Part shown: positions 49,259 to 52,215 of the stretch, in pieces
Numbering within the stretch: position 1 is the first letter of the stretch
How the letters are laid out: every line of letters starts with the position of its first letter
From: Candidatus Woesearchaeota archaeon
GTDB lineage: Archaea > Nanobdellota > Nanobdellia > Pacearchaeales > GW2011-AR1
Assembly (NCBI GenBank): GCA_964419155.1
Contig: CAYQOK010000002.1
Coordinates: forward strand, 7,705-59,919
Direction: 5' to 3'
Length of the DNA: 52,215 nucleotides
Notes under the pieces: generated by a model
The model's database searches: none
Told to the model about the DNA's origin: nothing
What the model saw: the letters and a program-made list of their open reading frames with translations, nothing else
Translations under genes and position numbers: made by a program

Positions 49259-50073
49259 TTTTTTTGGTATTCTAAAAAATCATCAAAAGTTTTAGTGATT
49301 CCAGGGATAATGACTGGACCAACCATTCCTAAATGTAGATTATATCCTCCTGCAACACAATAAGCAACTTGGTGATGATTAGCATATTCATCAATGATTC
49401 TTGTTGTTTCTGCAACTGATGGAGAATCAGCACAATTTACTAGAAAATTACAACCAAAAACAATATCTTCTAAATCATGATTTGGTTCGACTCTTTTTTT
49501 GAAGGGAGCTATATTTGCATCCTTCAATTTTTCTTTTACAACATCCACTTTATACTTCCCCACATCCCCAGAATCAAAAAATAATTGTCTGTTAAAATTA
49601 CTTTTCTCTACGACATCAGGGTCAGTAATTCTTATCTCCCCCACACCAATTTGATACAGCCCATTTACAATCCAAGTTCCAATTCCACCAACTCCAAAAA
49701 CAGCAACTTTGGAATTCTTTATTCTCTTTTGTATCTCTAATGTTTCTTTCCTTGAATCTGTAAGTTCGTCCAAAAATAATAATTGTCTATAATGTCTTCC
49801 TTTTTCTAAATCAGATTCATATCTTCTAACAATCCCTTCTTTTTCTAAGGCATTTAAACAAGCATCTATATCTTGAGGACTATATTTAGAAGATAATCTT
49901 TCAGTTAAACCTTGTTCTGTTTGCTCAGAATCAAGGAAAGTAATCACATCCTTAACTAGAGAATCTACTTGAAATTTTTTTATTCTTCGTGTTGCAGTTG
50001 AAATAAAGATATAGTTATCTTCAGTATCTTTCAAGACATACAAGGAATCTTTAATTTTCAACTTACTACTCAT
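49246..50073 (-). CDS. E1-like ThiF/MoeB-family adenylyltransferase with N-terminal PqqD/RRE-like winged-helix domain (truncated by frameshift at an A8 run)
   Basis: Has the nucleotide loop VAVFGVGGIGTW and ITDPDVVEKSNFNRQ. The N-terminal 90 aa have beta-beta-beta plus helices ending LNALEKEGIV, as in PqqD/RRE. Confidence 0.7.
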   Translation of the reverse strand: MSSKLKIKDSLYVLKDTEDNYIFISTATRRIKKFQVDSLVKDVITFLDSEQTEQGLTERLSSKYSPQDIDACLNALEKEGIVRRYESDLEKGRHYRQLLFLDELTDSRKETLEIQKRIKNSKVAVFGVGGIGTWIVNGLYQIGVGEIRITDPDVVEKSNFNRQLFFDSGDVGKYKVDVVKEKLKDANIAPFKKRVEPNHDLEDIVFGCNFLVNCADSPSVAETTRIIDEYANHHQVAYCVAGGYNLHLGMVGPVIIPGITKTFDDFLEYQKKWTL

Positions 50074-50641
50074 TTGAAATTATTTCTCCATATTTGATAT
50101 TTTTACTATTTGGTTCTAATAAAATCTCTCCAGAGTCATCTATCGGGGCGATAATTTTGTAATTTTTTAATCTTTTCCTCAATAAAGAATCTTTTCTTAA
50201 ATGCCAACAACCAAGAATAATAATTATTGGAAGCTTTGTTTTTGATTTATATTCCAAAATCTTTGAGAGATGGTATTTCTCCCTTTTTTCAACTAAATTA
50301 TTTAATTTTTCTTCCTCTTCTCTTGTAAGCCCTTTTTGATTTTTTATTTTTTTTTGCAAATTTTCATCAAATCCGAAATTATGAAAATCAATCCCAATTA
50401 ATTTAATCTTTTTGTCAAAACATAATTTTATCAGTTTTTCAACTTCATTAAAGGAAGTCACATCAGAAATAAATTTTTTCTCGAAAATTTCTTTAAATTG
50501 GTCTGCTTGTTCTAATTTTAAATCTTCTAATTCTTCACTTAAGATAAATTCTGGATTCATAATGTTAATAATTTCTTTTTGTTTTGAGAAATCATCTAAA
50601 AAAAAGTGAGTACTACCTATAAAAATGAAAGATAAAGCCAT
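50066..50641 (-). CDS. Putative TraB/PrgY/Tiki-superfamily metalloprotease-like protein (tentative)
   Basis: Has an N-terminal G-x-x-H (FIGSTHF), acidic ILSEEL and a C-terminal G-x-x-H (ILGCWHL), in the order seen in TraB/Tiki. GGAG lies 8 nt before the ATG. An 8-nt overlap with the E1-like gene suggests translational coupling. Confidence 0.4.
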   Translation of the reverse strand: MALSFIFIGSTHFFLDDFSKQKEIINIMNPEFILSEELEDLKLEQADQFKEIFEKKFISDVTSFNEVEKLIKLCFDKKIKLIGIDFHNFGFDENLQKKIKNQKGLTREEEEKLNNLVEKREKYHLSKILEYKSKTKLPIIIILGCWHLRKDSLLRKRLKNYKIIAPIDDSGEILLEPNSKNIKYGEIISNE

Positions 50642-50660
50642 TTTTTACTCCAAGAAAGAT

Positions 50661-50813
50661 TTACATCCAATATTTAATACTTGTTGGACCTGCGTAAACC
50701 TCATCTTTAACTTTTCGAAGCCCCTCATAAAGAGGTTTTTCTATTGTAAGGTAAGGTCTTGCTTCTTCTTTTCTTGGTGTAACTCCTTCCAAAGTTTTTT
50801 CAAGGGTTTCCAT
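50661..50813 (-). CDS. Unannotated 50-aa peptide ORF, first gene of the operon (candidate precursor peptide)
   Basis: Hand translation gives METLEKTLEGVTPRKEEARPYLTIEKPLYEGLRKVKDEVYAGPTSIKYWM. It ends 19 nt upstream of the next ATG, and a TATA-like box lies upstream. Confidence 0.45.
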   Translation of the reverse strand: METLEKTLEGVTPRKEEARPYLTIEKPLYEGLRKVKDEVYAGPTSIKYWM

Positions 50814-50860
50814 ATTTTAAGAGTAAATAGACTCCTTTATATATTTTATTATTCTGAATG
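50814..50860 (-). promoter_or_regulatory. Putative archaeal promoter of the peptide/TraB-like/E1-like operon
   Basis: The minus strand reads AATAAAATATATAAAGGAGTCTATTTACTCTTAAAATATG. An A/T TATA-like box lies about 25-35 nt before the ATG. Confidence 0.3.
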
Positions 50861-51008
50861 TGAAAAATGCCCAATTAAATCTCAAAATCTTTGATTTTGA
50901 CCATCTGTTTTTCTGAAAGAAAAACCAAGCTCACATCTCCAAATTAGGGGTGGTTGGTCGGGGGATGGCTAAAGAGAGATTTTAGCTATTTTTAATTCCT
51001 TAAGTTTA

Positions 51009-51059
51009 GTGCCTTCAAACAATTAGACATAACATTTGGTTAAACAACCCGAAGGGCAC
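51009..51059. repeat. Hairpin GTGCCTTC ... GAAGGGCAC with one extra G
   Basis: Read directly. The CGAAGGCA core recurs at 48933-48941 and 52182-52190. Confidence 0.5.
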
Positions 51060-51158
51060 GAGTGGAGCATAGCGACCTCCAAAAATTCAATTTTGATGGA
51101 GAAGTCTGCAATGCTTCGTAGTCGGTTAAGCCCGATGTTCTATTCTTCCGATAGGATT

Positions 51159-51197
51159 GGATTTTAATGCAATGTTCGGACAAAGTCCGAAAAATCC
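51159..51197. repeat. Nested hairpin present only in the left arm (insertion relative to the right arm)
   Basis: GGATTTT aatgcaatg TTCGGAC aaa GTCCGAA AAATCC. This segment lies between modules that are adjacent in the right arm. Confidence 0.55.
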
Positions 51198-51272
51198 AAA
51201 GTTCAGAAAACGGCCGTCTTTTAAATGAACGTAGTGATACATCAAGACACAAAATTGAGAGCCACGAGCTAA

Positions 51273-51917
51273 TTATTTTTTAATATTTTCTACCCAATTA
51301 GGAATATTGTTACTCTTTAGATTTTTAAATTCTGTTTGGCACCTTAATTTACCTTTATTTTCAAGATTATTACATATTTTAATATTATCTTGTGAGTAAG
51401 CAACATCAACATAACACTCAACTAAATGATATTCATCTAATTGTTTGCATAATTCAACATTTTCCTTCAATTGAGCAATATCTGATATACAATGATATTT
51501 CCAATATTCCGCATCCTTTCCTTCAAAAATACATTGAGTAACACTTTGACTTGAAACGGCTATGCAATACTGTTTTATGTATGCAGAAAAATCATAATCG
51601 TCAATCTTATCGTCTGATTTGATATTTTGACAAATAGTTGGATTCTGTGTGTTCCTCGCAATCCAACCGTAACATCTGTTAACATAATTACTTGCTATGG
51701 AAGTGTTATATTCTGTAGCGGGATGATTTTCACACAGTTTAATATCTTTATAACCGTTTGAAGCTAGATCTTGATAACAAGCTATATCTGTTTGCTCACA
51801 ATCTTCAATTTGTCTTGGAAAATTTGAATTTTCTGTTTTTTGATTTGTACATCCAATAATAATTAACAATCCTACTACAAGCAATATTACCAGAAAAATA
51901 ATTATGTTTCTTCCCAC
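51273..51917 (-). CDS. Cys-rich secreted protein, probable lipoprotein
   Basis: Has a signal peptide ending in the lipobox-like IIIGC, then about 16 Cys in recurring C-x(n)-C helical-looking repeats. Confidence 0.65.
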   Translation of the reverse strand: MGRNIIIFLVILLVVGLLIIIGCTNQKTENSNFPRQIEDCEQTDIACYQDLASNGYKDIKLCENHPATEYNTSIASNYVNRCYGWIARNTQNPTICQNIKSDDKIDDYDFSAYIKQYCIAVSSQSVTQCIFEGKDAEYWKYHCISDIAQLKENVELCKQLDEYHLVECYVDVAYSQDNIKICNNLENKGKLRCQTEFKNLKSNNIPNWVENIKK

Positions 51918-51958
51918 ACTGGAATCATTAATTAAGATTTATATAAACCTTTCTAGTG

Positions 51959-52209
51959 GCTCGTGGCTCTATCTGTTTTTCGGCCGTTTTCTGAATTGAA
52001 TAGAACATCGGGCTTAAGGGAGGTTCAATTTCCTCGAAAAAATTCTCCTCGTGAAACAGAGCTGAGAATTTTTTCAGAGCTGAAATTGAATTTGGGTGTA
52101 GTGAGGTGCAACCGAACGAAACCCTTTAAGCCCTGTTAGTTTCTTTTTACGAAGTAAAAATTGATTTTTAGTGCAACGATGCCGAAGGCAAAAAATCAAA
52201 GTTTTTGAG
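51959..52209 (-). repeat. Right arm of the inverted repeat bracketing gene 51273..51917
   Basis: Contains GCTCGTGGCTCT (51959-51970), CGGCCGTTTTCTGAA (51981-51995), GAATAGAACATCGGGCTTAA (51998-52017) and AAAAATCAAAGTTTTTGAG (52191-52209). These are reverse complements of the left-arm modules. Confidence 0.8.
52010..52133. repeat. Long three-stem imperfect hairpin (CTTAAG-bounded) in spacer R5
   Basis: GGGCTTAAGGG (52010-20) pairs with CCCTTTAAGCCC (52122-33). TTCAATTTC (52024-32) pairs with GAAATTGAA (52082-90). GAAAAAATTCTC (52036-47) pairs perfectly with GAGAATTTTTTC (52064-75). Confidence 0.7.
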
Positions 52210-52215
52210 AATGCC

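Larger units (their letters stand above)
50881..51269 (+). repeat. Left arm of a long imperfect inverted repeat bracketing gene 51273..51917
   Basis: Its collinear modules are CTCAAAATCTTTGATTTTG (50881), CCAAAAATTCAATTT (about 51080), TTAAGCCCGATGTTCTATTC (51126-51145), TTCAGAAAACGGCCG (51202-51216) and AGAGCCACGAGC (51258-51269). All recur reverse-complemented in the right arm. Confidence 0.8.

Noticed and set aside
49064-50813. Microcin C-type (MccA/MccB) cluster
   Set aside because: MccA-type substrates end in Asn, whereas this peptide ends in Met. No MccC/D/E/F-like genes are present. Only the general E1-plus-peptide-clamp logic is retained.
51040-51252. 70-aa minus-strand ORF inside the left repeat arm. 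Similar track ORFs lie in the other spacers: 46483..46674, 47505..47690, 49004..49240 and 50625..50894.
   Set aside because: They sit entirely within repeat/hairpin spacers or antisense to better genes. They have odd composition (Cys/Phe/Ser/Arg-rich), lack start context, and overlap repeat modules. They were treated as chance ORFs.
50900-51270. Known structured RNA (RNase P RNA, SRP RNA) in the G+C-elevated spacer
   Set aside because: The AAAGTCCG string is only part of a simple hairpin (TTCGGAC-aaa-GTCCGAA). The RNase P CR-I/CR-V motifs and the SRP helix-8 motif are not present.
52018-52036. tRNA fragment (T-arm-like GGAGGTTCAATTTCCTC) as an integration att site
   Set aside because: The loop length and sequence deviate from the TTCRANY consensus. 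No acceptor or anticodon arm remnants flank it. The segment is better explained as part of the three-stem hairpin.
50881-52209. Diversity-generating retroelement (template/variable repeat pair)
   Set aside because: There is no reverse transcriptase ORF. The repeats are inverted and non-coding, and the differences are indels rather than adenine-specific substitutions.
47322-52215. Integron-like gene-cassette array with attC sites in the spacers
   Set aside because: GTTRRRY-type cores exist (GTTAAGC at 51125, GTTAAAC at 51039). I could not find correctly spaced RYYYAAC partners or the R/L box geometry. Spacers are 290-390 nt rather than 60-140 nt, genes lie on both strands, and no integrase is in the window. 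It remains worth running an attC covariance model.
1-52215. CRISPR array, rRNA genes, or IS/transposase/integrase genes
   Set aside because: I found no regularly spaced direct repeats, no rRNA-like conserved segments, and no DDE, tyrosine- or serine-recombinase motifs in any listed ORF.

Overview
The window is AT-rich and gene-dense. By eye, coding lines are roughly 23-30% G+C. Gene content is clearly archaeal: MCM, TBP, aIF-1A, aIF-2beta, aRF1, Rpo11/RpoL, L15e, GatD/GatE, RadB, Sec61beta and NAC. The compact, overlapping gene layout is typical of a reduced, DPANN-like genome; that placement is inference only.

Positions 1 to about 45,750 are mostly housekeeping genes. They include five aminoacyl-tRNA synthetases, the amidotransferase genes gatD, gatE, gatC and gatA, and topA. 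Replication and transcription genes here are lig, tbp, mcm and an RPA32-like OB-fold protein. The region also holds ftsZ, minD, a bacterial-type groES-groEL pair and three tRNAs (Lys-CUU, Asn-GUU, Ile-GAU).

From about 45.8 kb to the window end the character changes. Small accessory genes lie on both strands, separated by unusually long spacers of 290-390 nt. These spacers are G+C-elevated (about 40% by hand count), hairpin-rich, and share short sequence modules in shuffled order and orientation.

Two things stand out in this island.
1. A minus-strand operon encodes an unannotated 50-aa peptide, a TraB/Tiki-like putative protease, and an E1-like (ThiF/MoeB) adenylyltransferase with a PqqD/RRE-like N-terminal domain. 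This is a candidate peptide-modification (RiPP-like) module. Its E1 gene is broken by a frameshift in an A8 run.
2. A Cys-rich lipoprotein gene is bracketed by collinear inverted repeats containing perfect 20-, 15- and 12-bp modules.

All functional calls rest on motif recognition by eye. No database search was run.
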